A stretch of DNA of 64,000 nucleotides from Octopus vulgaris (GCA_951406725.2 OX597816.1:137082001-137146000), one strand, 5' to 3'; counted from the first letter of the stretch, positions 1 through 14,316 are shown. Translations and numbers: made by a program. The notes: a model not told the origin generated them from the letters alone.

Positions 1-52
1 TATATATACATGTGTGTGTGTATATGTATATGCATGTATATGTGTATGTATG

Positions 53-83
<31 letters not shown>

Positions 84-116
84 ATGTAGATATATGTATG
101 TATATGTGTGTGTGTG

Positions 117-161
<45 letters not shown>

Positions 162-433
162 GTGTGTGTGTATGTATGTGTGTATGTATATGTGTGTGTG
201 TTGAGAATTTCCTTATTTACCTAAAATTCTATTCTTCTATATAATTTTATATTTTTTTATTATTTTTTTAATTCTTTTTTTATTCTTTTATTTACTCTTC
301 TAATTTACCACTGACTCCTTGACCACTCCCCAAGTATGATTTTTTTGCGCTATGCCTACCCCCAAAAAGTCCCCCACCACCACCCCTATAAACCTGCCTA
401 AATGTATAAATGCCAATACAATTCTTGTTAACT

Positions 434-484
434 AGCTTCCTGAAGATTTCTCTTGAATGAAACAGTTCTAGTCCTGTAGAAGCT
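434..484 (+). ncRNA. Type I hammerhead ribozyme motif
   Basis: AGCTTC-CTGAAGA-tttctcttgaat-GAAA-cag ttctagtc ctg-TA-GAAGCT. Stem I 6 bp, canonical core, GUA site. Confidence 0.75.
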
Positions 485-499
485 CCTTCTATATAATAA

Positions 500-551
<52 letters not shown>

Positions 552-773
552 ATGTATATTATAGGGAAAGATTGAGAGAGACATACGCATACGCATACTC
601 ACACACGCACATGATCTCACACACACAGACACTCACACATATCTATCTATCTATATATATAAATGCGTGTGTGTGTATGCGTGTTCGTGTGGGTAGTGTG
701 GGGATGTGTGAGGATATATATATATATCCTCACACACTACCCACACGAACACGCGTACACACACACACATTTA

Positions 774-831
<58 letters not shown>

Positions 832-1157
832 CAGAGTGACACTCACGCACCCATACACATGTACACATCCCCTCTCCGTCTAAGCACACATGCCAATACG
901 CACACCCACAGCCATCCCCATCCAGTCACACAGCCACACCCACGCATTCTCACATCCTCTTAGCACTGCCTCAGCCTCTGACTGACTACTGACCCTTCCA
1001 TCTAGGCATACATGCAAACACGCATACACACACACACACACACTTCTACACCCATCGATTCAAACACCTATAGCTGCTGACCACACCGAACGAAATTAAC
1101 ATACACGTACACAGATCCTACAGCACAGACGCACACGCACACTCGCACAGACACAAA

Positions 1158-1197
<40 letters not shown>

Positions 1198-1658
1198 AAC
1201 ACTCAAACACACAGACTACGTACACAAACATGCACACAGTTACTACCAACCACACTCACGCGCTACACCCCACACACATAACACACTCACACACACACGC
1301 TACCACGCACACACACGTAGTACCGCACACGCTACCATACAATAAAGGCGCTACCACACACACGCTAACACACACACATGCTAACACACACACACACACT
1401 GACCATTTTCAGACTTTCCAGTCCCAGAAAGCGCTTTTTCTTCATTCCTTCTACTACCGATCACTTCAGAAATGTAACGCATGTGATTAATGGCGATCTT
1501 GTTTCTCCTTCGTCTTGGACTTTCCTGCTTTTGCTGTTTTCGAAAAAGAGCTATGTTTCAAACTTAAAACTACTACTTTTTTCTTTCTCTGAGCGTCTTA
1601 CTAATACATTTTCCACACATTTTCACACATTTTCTTTTTGTCTGTGTCTTTTGGAAAT

Positions 1659-1727
<69 letters not shown>

Positions 1728-2064
1728 CACGCACACACATGTATGTATCTTAATAATATTTGTATATATATATATATGTATGTATATGCATGTATATATA
1801 CATATACATATATAGTAATACATATATAAAGTGCATGTATATATGTATACATATATATGCATATATATACACACACATATATTTATGTATTTATATAGTG
1901 TATGTATATATAGTGTATGAATATATATATATATATATGTATATATACACAGACACATATATATATATACACACATACATTGTTGGCATCCTTTTTGTCT
2001 CGGGAGACAATGGAGTTGCGCATAAAATAGTCTAGTCCGGCTTTTACATTTCATGTCCTGATAC

Positions 2065-5000
2065 ATTTCCTGCTGTGGCTATGTAGTCATATCCTGGACA
2101 AATACTCCCTCTGGCAGGTACCGCAAATGTAGCGAAGACTGTTCCTGGCTGGTTGTAATGCCATTGTTTCTTGTTGACGTCTTTTCTTGTCTTTCCATTT
2201 CTCTTATCTCTCTCTGTCACTCCTTTGTGTTCCCTCTTTTACGGCACGTCGCCAATCTCTACGGTTGCCGGCAACTGCTTCCCAACCGCTAATATTGATG
2301 TTGCAGGCCTTCATGTCCCTTTTGCAAACATCCTTGTAACGTAAGAACGGTCTACCCACAGACCTAGTACCCCTAGCAAGCTCTCCGTAGAGAATGTCCT
2401 TGGGGATTCTGCCATCTTTCATACGGCTAACATGCCCAAGCCATCTCATACGTCTTTGTGTGAGGAGTGTAAACATGCTTGGTATTCCTGCTTGCTTGAG
2501 GACATCTTTGTTGGGGATATGATTCTGCCATTTGATGCGGAGGATTTTCCGGAGGCAGCGCAGGTGAAAGATGTTTAGGCGACGCTCTTGGCGTGTGTAT
2601 AGCGTCCAAGTCTCACTTCCATACAGTAGAGTGCTAAGTACACATGCCTGGTAGATCTTCATTTTCGTGGTCTTGGTCAGCTTATTGTTGTCCCATGCCC
2701 ATTTGGAGAGTTGGGCCATCGCAGCAGCTGCCTTGCCAATGCGTATATTGAGCTCAGCGTCAAGGGATAGGTTGTAGATGACTGTAGAGCCAGGATAGGT
2801 AAACTTCTCCACCTCTTGTAATCTGTGGTCTCCAATATGTATGTTTGGGATGTCCGATGTAGCCTGATCCATGATGCTGGTCTTCTTAAGACTGATAGCT
2901 AAGCCAAAGTCGTTACATGCTTGCTCAAAACAGTTAATGAGCCTTTGGAGGGCTTCTTCTGTGTGTGATACAAGAGCGGCATCATCAGCAATTAGCATCT
3001 CCTTGATCAGGACGTTTCTGATTTTGGTCTTTGCACGCAGGCGCGAGAGATTGAACAGTTTCCCGTCACTTCTACTGTGCAGAAACACTCCATCATCTGA
3101 TGTCTGAGAGGCATGTGAGAGTAAGAGCGAGAAGAAGATGCCAAATAATGTAGGAGCGAGGACACAACCTTACTTTACCCCGTTTTTTATTTGGAAGGTG
3201 GCTGATATTGAACCATTGTGCTGTATGGTGCCTTGCATATCATCATGGAAAGACTTGATGATCCTCAGCAGCTTTGGTGGACATCCGATTTTTTGGAGCT
3301 GGATGAAGAGGCCTGTTCTGCTTACCGAGTCAAAGGCCTTTGTTAGATCAATGAAGGCCATATATAATGGCATTTTCTGCTCTCTGGACTTCTCCTGAAA
3401 TTGGCGTATGGAGAATATCATATTAATAGTTGATCTGCTTCTTCTAAAGCCACACTGCGATTCCGGATAGATTCGAGAAGCAAGTAGTTGTAGCCTGGCC
3501 ACGATAACGCGAGCAAAGGTCTTTCCAACAGTGCTTAGAAGAGATATTCCACGGTAATTGTTACAATCACCATGGTCACCTTTGTTTTTGTAAAGCGTAA
3601 TGATGTTAGCATATCCTGAGGGACTGTACCCTTTTCCCAGCACTGACACAGAAGCTCATGAAGGTGCCGAAGCAGGATGGTGGTTTTGCCGGCTTTGATG
3701 ATCTCTGAGGGAATGCCGTCTTTTCCCGGAGCCTTGTTTCTTGCTAGGGAGTCAATAGCCTTGGTGAGCTCTGCTATAGATGGCGGACTGTCAAGTTCGC
3801 ACATGACTGGCAAGATCTTGACACTCTCGACTGCAGCCTCAGCCACTGTAGTCTCCCGTGAGTAGAGATCCTGGTAGTGCTCCACCCATCTATCATTTGC
3901 TTGCTTTGATCCCTGATGAGATCTCCAGTAGTTGATTTCAGAGGGGCTGACTTGGTTGCGGATGGACCGAGGGCCTTCTTCAAACCGGCATACATCCCAC
4001 GGGTGTCGCCCCCGTCAGCAGCTGACTGGATACTCTGACAGATTTCCTGCCAATACCTATTTGCACAGCGTCTGGCTGTCAGTTGGGTTTTATTTCTTGC
4101 CTTTCTGAGTTCTTCGAGTGACTTTGTAGAAGAATCACTCTTGTATTGCATCAGAGCTGCACGCTTTGCTTCGATAACTGGCTCCAGCTCTGAGAGCCCA
4201 GCATTGAACCAATCTGGGTTTTTCCTTTCTCTCATGCCGAAAGTATCTATTGATGTCGTATGCAAAGCTTCCCTGATATAATTCCACCTACCTTCAGCAG
4301 AGGAGGTTGGACAGCTAGTGAGGGCAACCTCGATAGAAGCAGCAAAACATTTTCGCAGTGTAGGGTCCGAGGTTCTGGCAGTGTTAATGCGTGGTCGGCC
4401 CACTTTCTTGGAGTGATGGACTCCTTTAGGCAGAATCCTCACCCTACTTCTAATTAGTGAGTGGTCTGTGTCACAATCCGCGCTGTGGTAACTGCGGGTC
4501 AATAGAATAGAATTCAGAAAGGATCTCCGTGTAATGATGAGATCCAGCTGATGCCAGTGGTGAGATCTTGGATGTCTCCAAGATGCCTTGTGGGATGGCT
4601 TGTTGGTAAAGAATGTGTTTGTGATGCAGAGGTTATGGTATGTGCAGAATTCGAGTAGTCTCTGACCATTGTCATTCATGTTGCCAATACCAAAGTGTCC
4701 AACACAAATGGTCCACGAATCATGGTCAGATCCCACGCGAGCGTTAAAATCCCCTAGAAGGTAGATATTTTCAGTTGTTGGTATATTTTTTATGACACAG
4801 TTGAGATCTTTGTAGAACTGGTCCTTGGTCTCCTCTGAGCTGTAGAGAGTGGGAGCATAGATACCGAGTAGATGTATTGAGCCAGAAGAAGTCGAGAGGC
4901 GCAGTGAGAGGATACGCTCAGTGCCTCCTGATGGTGGTTCTATTGAGGAGAGTAATGAGTTTCTCACTGCAAAGCCAACGCCATGCTGACGAGGTTCTTC

Positions 5001-5825
5001 TGGATCGCTTCCCTGCCAAAAGAAGGTAAAATCCTGTTCTTTGAGTTTGCCGTTTGAGGGAAGCCTTGTCTCCCGTATCCCAGCAATGTCTATGTTAAGC
5101 CTCTTTAGTTCACGGTCAATGATGGCCGTTTTCCTTGTGTCTTCAACCCTAAGTAGATCATCAGATATTCCAGGGCACAAAATCCTGACATTCCAGCTTG
5201 CCAACCGCAGGACTGGTGTTTTCTTGTCTTTTAGTTGTTTGCCTGGTGCAGAGGTTGCAGGCCGCTTTTCAAGTCATACTCTTAGCTCCAAGCACCCAAT
5301 GAAGCAGGCGGCTTGTGGCGGGTCAGCACCTTATTAACTGGAGGCTGCCCAGCTTGAGGTGGGCAGTAGCTAACCAACAGGACACGGAAGTCTCTCCCAC
5401 CGTCAGAGGTAACCCGTAGCGCCCATATTTTACGCCAATCTGAATGGACTTATCACTCGTGACTGTTACCTCCCGTGTTGTTTCTGCAGCTTTTTTACAG
5501 CAGCACTGAAGTGTCCTCTCCAGTTTTGCGCAGGCCTGGGCTAGAGATAAGAAAGTCCTGGGTAGCCCAATCGTCAGGTTTCCTCTCTCGACCTTGCTGA
5601 TGTAGTCCAAAGGAGTGCAGAGCATTACGTTTGGCACCAGCTTGGTTGCAGGAGCTGCCGGAAGAGTGTCGAGTCGAACACTAAACCGCCTTCGGGGCTC
5701 CACTCCGGATTTCTTTGAAGATTGTCTCCTTTCCGCAACCCTGGATAGGGGCCCATACCGGAGCCAGCTGAGCCCGGAACTCGTGTCAGGCAGGATCGTC
5801 ACTCCCTGTGCGCTACCCACTACCT
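2065..5825 (-). mobile_element. Near-full-length RTE-clade (BovB-like) LINE, frameshifted
   Basis: APE endonuclease (ASWNVR, GDFNARVG, TDHSL; 3774-5204). RT fragments (KAPGKDGIP, QCGFR, FIDLTKAFDSV, LIADD, LLYGSETW, RWLGHV). Terminal CxxC..HxxxC remnant near 2070-2140. ~600-nt 5'UTR. Confidence 0.92.
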
Positions 5826-5907
5826 TTTCAAGTAATGTTAAATTATTATTAGATTTTTCATTCTTTTTCCTACGTTTGTTTTATATATTTATTTTTAACC
5901 ACTAATA

Positions 5908-6258
5908 TTCATCATCATCATCAGCAGCAGCAGTTGTAGTAGCAGCAGCAATATCACTATCAGCAGTAACAGATGCAGTGGTAACAGCAGTTGTAATGGC
6001 AGCAGCAACAGCAGCAGTAGCCGTAGTGGCAGCAGCAACAGCAGCAGCAGCAGCAGCGCTGGCAGGATGAGCAGCAGCAGCAGCAGCAACAGTGGTAGCA
6101 ATAGCAGCAGTAGTAGTGACGGCAGCAGCAGTAGCAGCAGCAGTAGTAGTAGCAGCAGTAGTAGCTGCAGCAGCAGCAACAGCAGCAGCAGTAGCAGTAG
6201 TAGTAGCAGAAGTTGTAGCAGTAGTAGTAGTAGCAGTAGTAGCAGTAGCAGCAGTAAT
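5908..6258. repeat. Degenerate (GCA/GTA)n trinucleotide array
   Basis: Runs of gcagcagca and gtagtagta. Confidence 0.9.
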
Positions 6259-6573
6259 AGTATACATACATATATATAGCTTTTTGCTTCACTTCATTTC
6301 ATAGGGCCAAGGGAGGGGAATAAAGAGAGGGAGGGAGATTGAAAAAGAGAAGAAAAGAGATAAGAAAGAGAAGGGGAGAGAATAGAGAGATATCCGGTAT
6401 TGGTGGTGGGTGTGGGCGGGCGCACAGCGAACAAGGGTCGGTCGGAATTAAGCAAGGGGAGAAGCGAGTAATTTACTTAACGGAATTCTAAGAGATGGAG
6501 CTAAAACTATCCTTTGAGTGGTCATTGAAAATGGTTCGCTTACGGAAGAGAAACAACAACAAGCTGTCAGTAA

Positions 6574-6647
<74 letters not shown>

Positions 6648-7168
6648 CATTCGTACAAATCCACTCAAACACACAAACAGCCGGATATAGATGTATACAC
6701 AAATACATATATGCACATATATTTAAACATAAATGCGAAAAGTTTGTTTGCTTGTCTGGTTTTGGCATTGGAATGGGTTAAAGGGCACTAGATCCCGTCG
6801 GATTGACTCCAAAATGTACAGGGACATGTAAAATGAGGTGAGGATGTGAATGGGCTAAGTTAGAAATCCCTATCTTAAAAGGTTTGGTTACTAGGGCAAA
6901 AAACGCACACTTTGACAAGTCTTCTCTCATTCTCTTATCTGCTTGTCTTCCTCCATCTATCTCTCTTTCCTCCCTTCCCTTCAATTTCTCTCTATAACGT
7001 CGTTTGAAAGCGTCTACTATCTTTTCCCCGCCGCCTTCGCTAGCGCTGTCACCCCTTTTCTCCCCACCTCTATCATGAATAAGATATTTATTGGGTTAAT
7101 TTATATGTGTGTGTGTGTGTTCTATATATAAATATGTATATATACTGTATATATACAAAGTGTATATA

Positions 7169-7246
<78 letters not shown>

Positions 7247-7280
7247 TAGTTTTTTGTATACATTTGTATATATAATGCGT

Positions 7281-7313
<33 letters not shown>

Positions 7314-7320
7314 ATGCGTA

Positions 7321-7374
<54 letters not shown>

Positions 7375-8487
7375 GTGTGCATTATGTGGTCGGTTGAGCT
7401 GAAAATATGCACACCTAAGTTAAAAGTGTCGGCGAGTTTGTATGGCAACTATTTTTTTTCCTCAAATGAAAGGCGTGACCTCTAGGACAAAATTACTCTT
7501 CTTATATAATGTGGCCCAAGTAGACCCGAATGAAATCGGGTTATATTAACCAAAATGTGAAAAGGGGTCTAAATGGGGCTGGAAGGGGATTAAAATTTAC
7601 AGGAGCGGGTGTTTAGAAATTCTCTGTTACATCAAGCTAAAAAATTTGCGCCAGCCTTTAAATCTTCAATGTGTTGCCATCCATGATGAAGAAGTTTTGA
7701 ATGCTTGCCATGATGAGTCTACTGTCGTGAGAGAAAATCACTTCAAAACTTGGTGTTTAAGAATTTTCTTTTACATCAAGTTAAAAATTTTACGCCAGCC
7801 GTTAAACTGCCACTACGTTGCTGTCGTCGTTAAGAAATGCCAGCCATGGTGACTCTACTATCCCCAGATTGTATCTCTTCAAACTTTGGTTTCCAATATT
7901 TTTTTTTTATTCAGCTCACAAGTTCGTCTGTCCCTTTTAAATGTTAGTGTTTTGCTGTCTGCCTTGAAGCAGACCTTTCCGTTGTCTGATATTTATGATT
8001 GATCTTTCTAAATATTTTATTTCTCAACTTACTCAAGATCTTTTGTTGTTTATAAATAGGAGATAGATAGATAGAAAAAGATAGAGAGTAAGAGAAAGCG
8101 AGGGAGAGTCCGTGAGAAAGAAAGAGTAAGAGAGTGGGAAAGTGAGAGAGAAAGGAGAGAGAAACAAAGAGGGAGAATGTGGTGATAAAAAACAGAAAGG
8201 AAGCAAGTGAAAGTAACAACCACACTCTTACTTGCGTGTAGAGCGTGTCACTTTAAGCTAATATATATATATATATATATATGTATATGTATACATGGCG
8301 AGATAGACATATGTGCACATGTAATCATGGAAAATCTATGTTCATACATGAGTATACTGTGGGACAGATAATCATATAAATATTTACAGATATATGTGGA
8401 CATACCAATGAATAGTAAAAAAGAGATTGCTCTGTCAAATGCAATGCTTGCTTTTTCTGAAGTAACCATTGTGTTTATATATATATA

Positions 8488-9113
8488 CTAGCAGTATCGC
8501 CCGGCGTTGCTCGGGTTTGTAAGGGAAATAACTATATAAGCATTTTTAGAGAGTTATAGCCAAAAAATGCATAAAAATGGAAAAAATATGATGGTAAATT
8601 TTTTGAAAAATCGTTGACTCATCGTAGACATTTTTAGAGAGTTACTTCCCTTATATAATAGCGAAAAAATGCATTAAAATGGAAAAAAAACGATGGTAAA
8701 TTTTTTTTAAAATCGTAGACTCATGTAGACGCTTTCTTAGCCATTTCTGTTTTGGTGTCTTCAAGCCATGAAGTCGTTGTTCTAAAAGAACGCTGGTCTC
8801 CTTGACAACGCATTACGACGTTGATTTCCTTGCACTCCCTTCCCCACAGGTGCAGGTGTGAGCGTGGACGCCAACTCCGCCGCCATCGACACACGAAAAA
8901 TTATGCATTAAAATGGAATAAAAAATGATGTTAAATTATTTTTAAAATCATAGCCTCATCGTAGACGCGCGCTAATACTCAGACGGGCTCGATATGAATC
9001 ACGACTATAAGCTACCCGAATTTGGTTAAACTGCACCGCAAAATGTGGGAGTAGTTAGGAATCTAAATCGAAGGGGACAGACACTCACACAACTACAGTT
9101 TTATATATATAGA
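8488..9113 (-). mobile_element. Non-autonomous Helitron-like element
   Basis: Minus strand begins TC(TATATATATAAAACTG) and ends CCCGAGCAACGCCGGG hairpin ... CTAG, inserted between A and T. Confidence 0.7.
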
Positions 9114-9124
9114 TATACATAGCG

Positions 9125-9392
9125 CAGTAGTGGTGAGATGTGACAGCAAAGAAAAGCATACATTCACTCTCTGCATGCAATTAGACTCGGAAAGTTCGTG
9201 AGGAACCCATTGACCCAATTTGCTGACTTTTCCGATAGCACACAGGTCTCAATGAATGGTTGAATGACCAAATCCAAGCTTCTCTGCTAGTTCCTCAACA
9301 GTTACGATGAGATTTTGTTCCACCAGGGTTTTCAGGATGTCCTTGTCGAGTTCTACAGATCTTTCAGGATGAGGCTCGTCTTCTAGGCTGTT
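9125..9392 (-). mobile_element. Mariner transposase fragment
   Basis: Minus-strand translation LEDEPHPERSVELD...KVSKLGQWVPHELSE (WVPHEL motif). Confidence 0.8.
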
Positions 9393-9838
9393 CCAATATA
9401 GCTTTGAAAAAAATAGCTGTTAAAATCGAAATGCACTCTTCAAAACTTGCACTATGAATAAGGACAAGATAAAATTACTACCTGCTTTTATAGCAATTTA
9501 ATATAAGTAGTTTATCCCATTCCCCTCTGACTTTTAGTTCAAGCTGTTGAAAAAACCGCATTATTATATATATATACATACATACATACATACATACATA
9601 TACACACACACTCTCTCTCTCACACACATGCACACATTTATATTCTGTTATTCTTTTATATGTTTCAGCCTTGAGGTTGTGGCCATGCTGGATCATGTGT
9701 GTGTGTGTGTGTCTATCTGTCTGTCTGTCTGTATGTATATATGTATATGTATGTGTGTGAACAATAATATTTTCAACAGAAGTGTTGCAAATGTATCTGA
9801 TTGTTCTCAAGCTTCAATACTGTGTGTGTGTGTGTGTA

Positions 9839-9869
<31 letters not shown>

Positions 9870-9936
9870 ATGTATGTATGTATATGTATGTATGTATGTA
9901 TGTATGTGTGTATGTATGTGTGTGTGTATGTATGTA

Positions 9937-9967
<31 letters not shown>

Positions 9968-10447
9968 ATGTATGTATGTATGAGTGTATGTTTACTTTAT
10001 TACTAACACAAGCCAGTACAGTTATTTAATGTAAAGTCTTCCTCAAATCACTATCTCTGGCTATTTACTCTCTTCCAAGAACATTTTCACTCACACTTAT
10101 GTGTTAGCTTCCCATACATTTTACTCATGTATCTATCAGCGTGATAGAGAGAAACAAATATTACATCTAGTTTCACTTTATTCGTTGCCCACTGTGTGTG
10201 TGCGTTTGCGTGTGGTGTAAACCAGACTAAGAAAAGCATTTGACACACACACCAGAATGTGAGTTTTCTGTAAATTTTGCTTAATTGGAGTTTAAATTTT
10301 AAAAACTGGACCTGGCATGACGCGATGCATTGTACTCTTAAAAATGGTAGGTAAATTGTAATTGAAGAAATCCTATATTGTAGATTTGTATAACTCCCGA
10401 AGGGAGGCAGATAAAATCTGCCTTTTATAATAAGAGATATATATATA

Positions 10448-10640
10448 TTTCTTTACTGACCACAAGGAGCTAAACACAGAGGGGACAAACAAGGACAGAC
10501 AAAGGGATTAAGTCGATTACATCGACCCCAGTGCGTGACTGGTACTTTATTTATCGACCCCGAAAGGATGAAAGGCAAAGTGGACCTCGGCGGATTTGAA
10601 CTCAGAACGTATCGGCAGACGAAATAATACGGCTACTCAT
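10448..10640 (-). mobile_element. SINE family B, 5'-truncated
   Basis: Colinear with 27381-27580. Confidence 0.8.
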
Positions 10641-10666
10641 TTATATATATATATATATATATATAT

Positions 10667-13649
10667 ACTTTGATACTTTGATACTTTGATAGGTTTCGGC
10701 CATTATTGGCCCAGGCCATGTCTAACTTAATAGCACCACCTGGTGAAGTCTTTCAAGTCAGAATTTGGGCACTATGGCCCACTCAAGTAGAGAGTTATTG
10801 TTTACAGAGACATATCCGGGTGTAGGGGGTTTATCCGGGATTTCTTGAAGGAATCTGTCCAAAGACTTCTTGAACCCTATAGGGTCAGTTTCTGTTTTAA
10901 TGTGTTTTGGTGTAATGTTAAAGAGAGCGGGGCCAATTGAGGTGAAATAATTGTGCCGTATTGTTGTTATGAGATGAGAGTGCGATTTTTGTTTTGGGCG
11001 GATGGCACGGGGCCCAAGCCTTGGATGTACCTTAAAGGTGATGCCAACATCATTTGGGCAATGCTGATGGAATATTTTCCACATCATGCAGATGATGTAG
11101 CGCTCACGACGACATTGGAGAGAATAGAGTTTTAGCTTTTCTAGTCGACCCCAATAGTCGAGGCCTGTCATGCCATCTATCTTTTTTGTGATTGCCCTTT
11201 GAGGTGCTTCAACTTTTATGATACCTTGTATTGTGTGGGGAGACCACAGTGGACAACAGTATTCAAGGTGGGATCGGGCAAAAGTGGAGAAGAGAAGGAT
11301 AATGGTGTGGATATCTCTCGACTGGAAAGTTCTGAGAATCCAGGAACACATTCTGCGGGCCATGTCAACTTTGGTGTTTATATGAGTGGCCCAGCTTATG
11401 TTGTTGTCCACAATTACTCCCAAGTCTCTGATGTTGTTGGACGCCGCGAGAGTTTCACCTGAAGGAAGGGAGTATGGGAGTTTCAGGGCATCCTCTTTTC
11501 CAAAGTGGATTAGCTCAAATTTATCCTCGTTCAGCAGCATATTGTTTTTTTCTGCCCATTGGATAACAGCCAGTAGATCTGACTGAAGGCATGTCCGGTC
11601 ACTCGCCTCATTTATGACCTTCTGTAGCTTGGAGTCATCTGCAAAGATTTTTATGTTGCTGTGCTTGATGATGTCATTAATGTCATTAATGTAAATGATG
11701 AAAAGAAGTGGGCCCAGCACAGTGCCTTGCGGAACGCCACTACTGACTTTGGCTGGGCTTGATTTTACCCCTTCAACTACAACATGTTGAGATCTGTCTG
11801 TCAGGAAACACTTGATCCATTTCAGTAACTTTCCAGAGACACCAATGTTGGATAGTTTTTTCAATAGGATCTTGTGATCGACCCTGTCGAAGGCCTTACT
11901 GAAATCAAGGTAGATGACATGGGTGTTGGAGCCCTCTCCCAAAGCTCTCAAAATGTCCTCAAAGTGATGCAGGAGCTGCGTTAGGCAGTCCCTTCCATTA
12001 CGGAACCCATGTTGGTTGGAGATCAGCCGTCTGTTGCTTTCCAGAAATTGGGTTATTCGAGATCTCACCACCCTCTCAAATACCTTGATGATATGAGAGG
12101 TGAGTGAGATCGGACGGTAATTCACTGCAAGGGACTTGTTTCCCTTTTTGAAAACTGGGACAACAGACTGGGACAGAAGGTTTTTTGGAATATAGCCAGC
12201 ATCCAGTGAGTTCTCCACAGATTAGTTGGTGTCGAAACACCTTCAGGACACAAGCAGGGAACCTATCGGGGCCTACTGCTGAATTGTGTTTTATTTCGTT
12301 TATCGCCGCTAAGACATCAGGGGCAATAAACGTTATGTCCGATATAGTGTGTTGGGGGTTGACATCACTGATACAGCCCAGATCGGCCATATCAGGATTG
12401 CTGAAAACAGAGCAGTATTGTTTCTGCAGTATCTCGGCCATGGATTTGGCATTATCTTGGAGAGTGCCAGTTTTGTCAATTAGAGGGCCTACAGTGGAGA
12501 CAGTGACCCTGCGTTTCCTCGCATATGAAAAGAACACTTTGGGGTTGAGTTTGATTTTTTCAATGGCCCACTTCTCCTCAGCTGATCTTTGGTTATTGAT
12601 GAGGGTCTTCATGCATTGTTGGATGTTATATTTTTTGGATTCAAGCAGTGCGATAGCCGTCGAATGTGTGTGTTGCTGTTGGCAGTACTTTAGTTTGTTA
12701 ATTTTTTTGTTTGTTCTTTTTATTTTTCTGATAATGGTTTTTCTGTTTTGGGGGATTCTGCACTTTTTGTTCACAGGTCTTGGTGGGGAGTGTTTTGCAC
12801 ATATGTCTGTGACGGTGTCTACAAAGATCTGCCAAGATGTTTTATGGTTGGTGGAGATGTGTGTATGTGTAAAGGACCAGTCAACATTTGATAGCTCGTT
12901 CCTGATTGCATCCCAGTTGGCTTTATGGAGATCCATGTTGTCAAATGGGTGGGCTGGAGGAAGGTCACTAGGATTAGCTTTCGGCTGGTGGAATTTCATG
13001 TTACAGAGAACCATGTCATGGTCTGAAAGAAGGGTTTTTTCCACTGTAACGTTATGTATAGTGTTAGTGTGGTTACTAAACACTAGGTCCAAAATGTTCT
13101 GATGTCTTGTTGGTGCAAGGACAAGTTGGGACAAGAAAAACTCATTCGTAAAGTCGAAAAGTGACTCCGCTGCTTCTTTGTCAGCGGTTGAGGCGGGAGT
13201 GCTTGGTTTCAAACAGTTTGTAGTCCAGTCAACACAGGGTAGATTGAAGTCTCCCATCATGAGTATGTTGCTAGAATGGCACTGTTGAAGAAAGCACTTA
13301 ATGCTGTTGAGGCATTCTTTAAAGCACAGTATGGGTGTTTGGGGCGGCCTATAGAGCCCAATTACTGTCAGGTCATTGGCTTTGTTGTGCATGGTGACTG
13401 ATTCACAGTAGCCGTTGGAGAATATACTATTTCCATCTGCCGTAAATGAATCATGCAGGAAAATGGCAGTTCCACCCTTCCTCCTGCCGATACGATCCGC
13501 GCGGATGGTTGTGAAATTCTTCACTCTCACTTCGGCTTCCAAGTGGGAGTTGTCAAGGTGGGTCTCAGTGAGAATGAAGAAAGGGATGTGGTGTGAATGG
13601 TTACCAACCCAGTCTTCAATGAATTGGACCTTCCATTTTTGTGCATTGA

Positions 13650-13650
<1 letters not shown>
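10667..13650 (-). mobile_element. 5'-truncated CR1/L2-group LINE (ORF2: APE + RT) with (ATCAAAGT)3 tail
   Basis: ORFs 12076-13542 (YRPP, MGDFN, SDH) and 10758-12218 (QHGFR, YLDFSKAFD, GVPQGTVLGP, FADD) are joined by one frameshift. Short tandem-repeat tail at 10667-10690. Confidence 0.92.
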
Positions 13651-13685
<35 letters not shown>

Positions 13686-13912
13686 GAAATATTAAAATAA
13701 CTAAGTCTCTCTAAAAGAGAACAGCGGCAGCGTTCCCGGAAAATAATAGTTATCGCCATACTAATATGGCATTCTTATAAAAATAAGAAAAAAGCTGTCC
13801 GCTTATTAGCTCCATGAGGCCATCGCCTTAAGTTAGCTATTTGATACACAAACTGTATCCATATAACCTTCGAACAAGGGAGGTCAGTCGCTCCACTACT
13901 ACTTGACCGGCA

Positions 13913-13954
13913 GCTACAGACGCGTTTCGGGGTATTGCCCCTTTTCAATGCAGC
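13913..13954 (-). ncRNA. Minimal type I hammerhead, U3-A8 variant (tandem copy 1)
   Basis: GCTGCA-TTGAAAA-GGGG caata CCCC-GAAA-CGCG-TC-TGTAGC. Palindromic stem III ACGCGT. Confidence 0.7.
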
Positions 13955-14274
13955 GTAGCCAGCCAGTAGGTGTCGCTTCCGACAATCTCTGTTCGATGGT
14001 TTTATTTACCTAGTTTCGGTGGAATACATCCACTTGTTTTCAATAATAGAAATATTAAAATAACTAAGTCTCTCTAAAAGAGAACAGCGGCAGCGTTCCC
14101 GGAAAATAATAGTTATCGCCATACTAATATGGCATTCTTATAAAAATAAGAAAAAAGCTGTCCGCTTATTAGCTCCATGAGGCCATCGCCTTAAGTTAGC
14201 TATTTGATACACAAACTGTATCCATATAACCTTCGAACAAGGGAGGTCAGTCGCTCCACACTACTTGACCGGCA

Positions 14275-14316
14275 GCTACAGACGCGTTTCGGGGTATTGC
14301 CCCTTTTCAATGCAGC
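14275..14316 (-). ncRNA. Minimal type I hammerhead, U3-A8 variant (tandem copy 2)
   Basis: Identical to 13913-13954, one repeat unit away. Confidence 0.7.

Noticed and set aside
10-2066. Many ORFs rich in YI, CV, HT, MYV or LSIY repeats here and throughout the window
   Set aside because: They are translations of (TA)n, (CA)n, (TATG)n and (TATC)n microsatellites, which lack stops in several frames.
5323-5820. 165-aa ORF upstream of the RTE ORF
   Set aside because: Lies in the GC-richer RTE 5'UTR with no domain features; not supportable as a gene.
5895-6304. Poly-Ala/Leu/Cys/Ser ORFs
   Set aside because: A trinucleotide repeat open in nearly all frames, with no non-repetitive coding context.
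12185-13102. 305-aa plus-strand ORF
   Set aside because: Antisense shadow of the LINE ORF2; no recognisable motifs.
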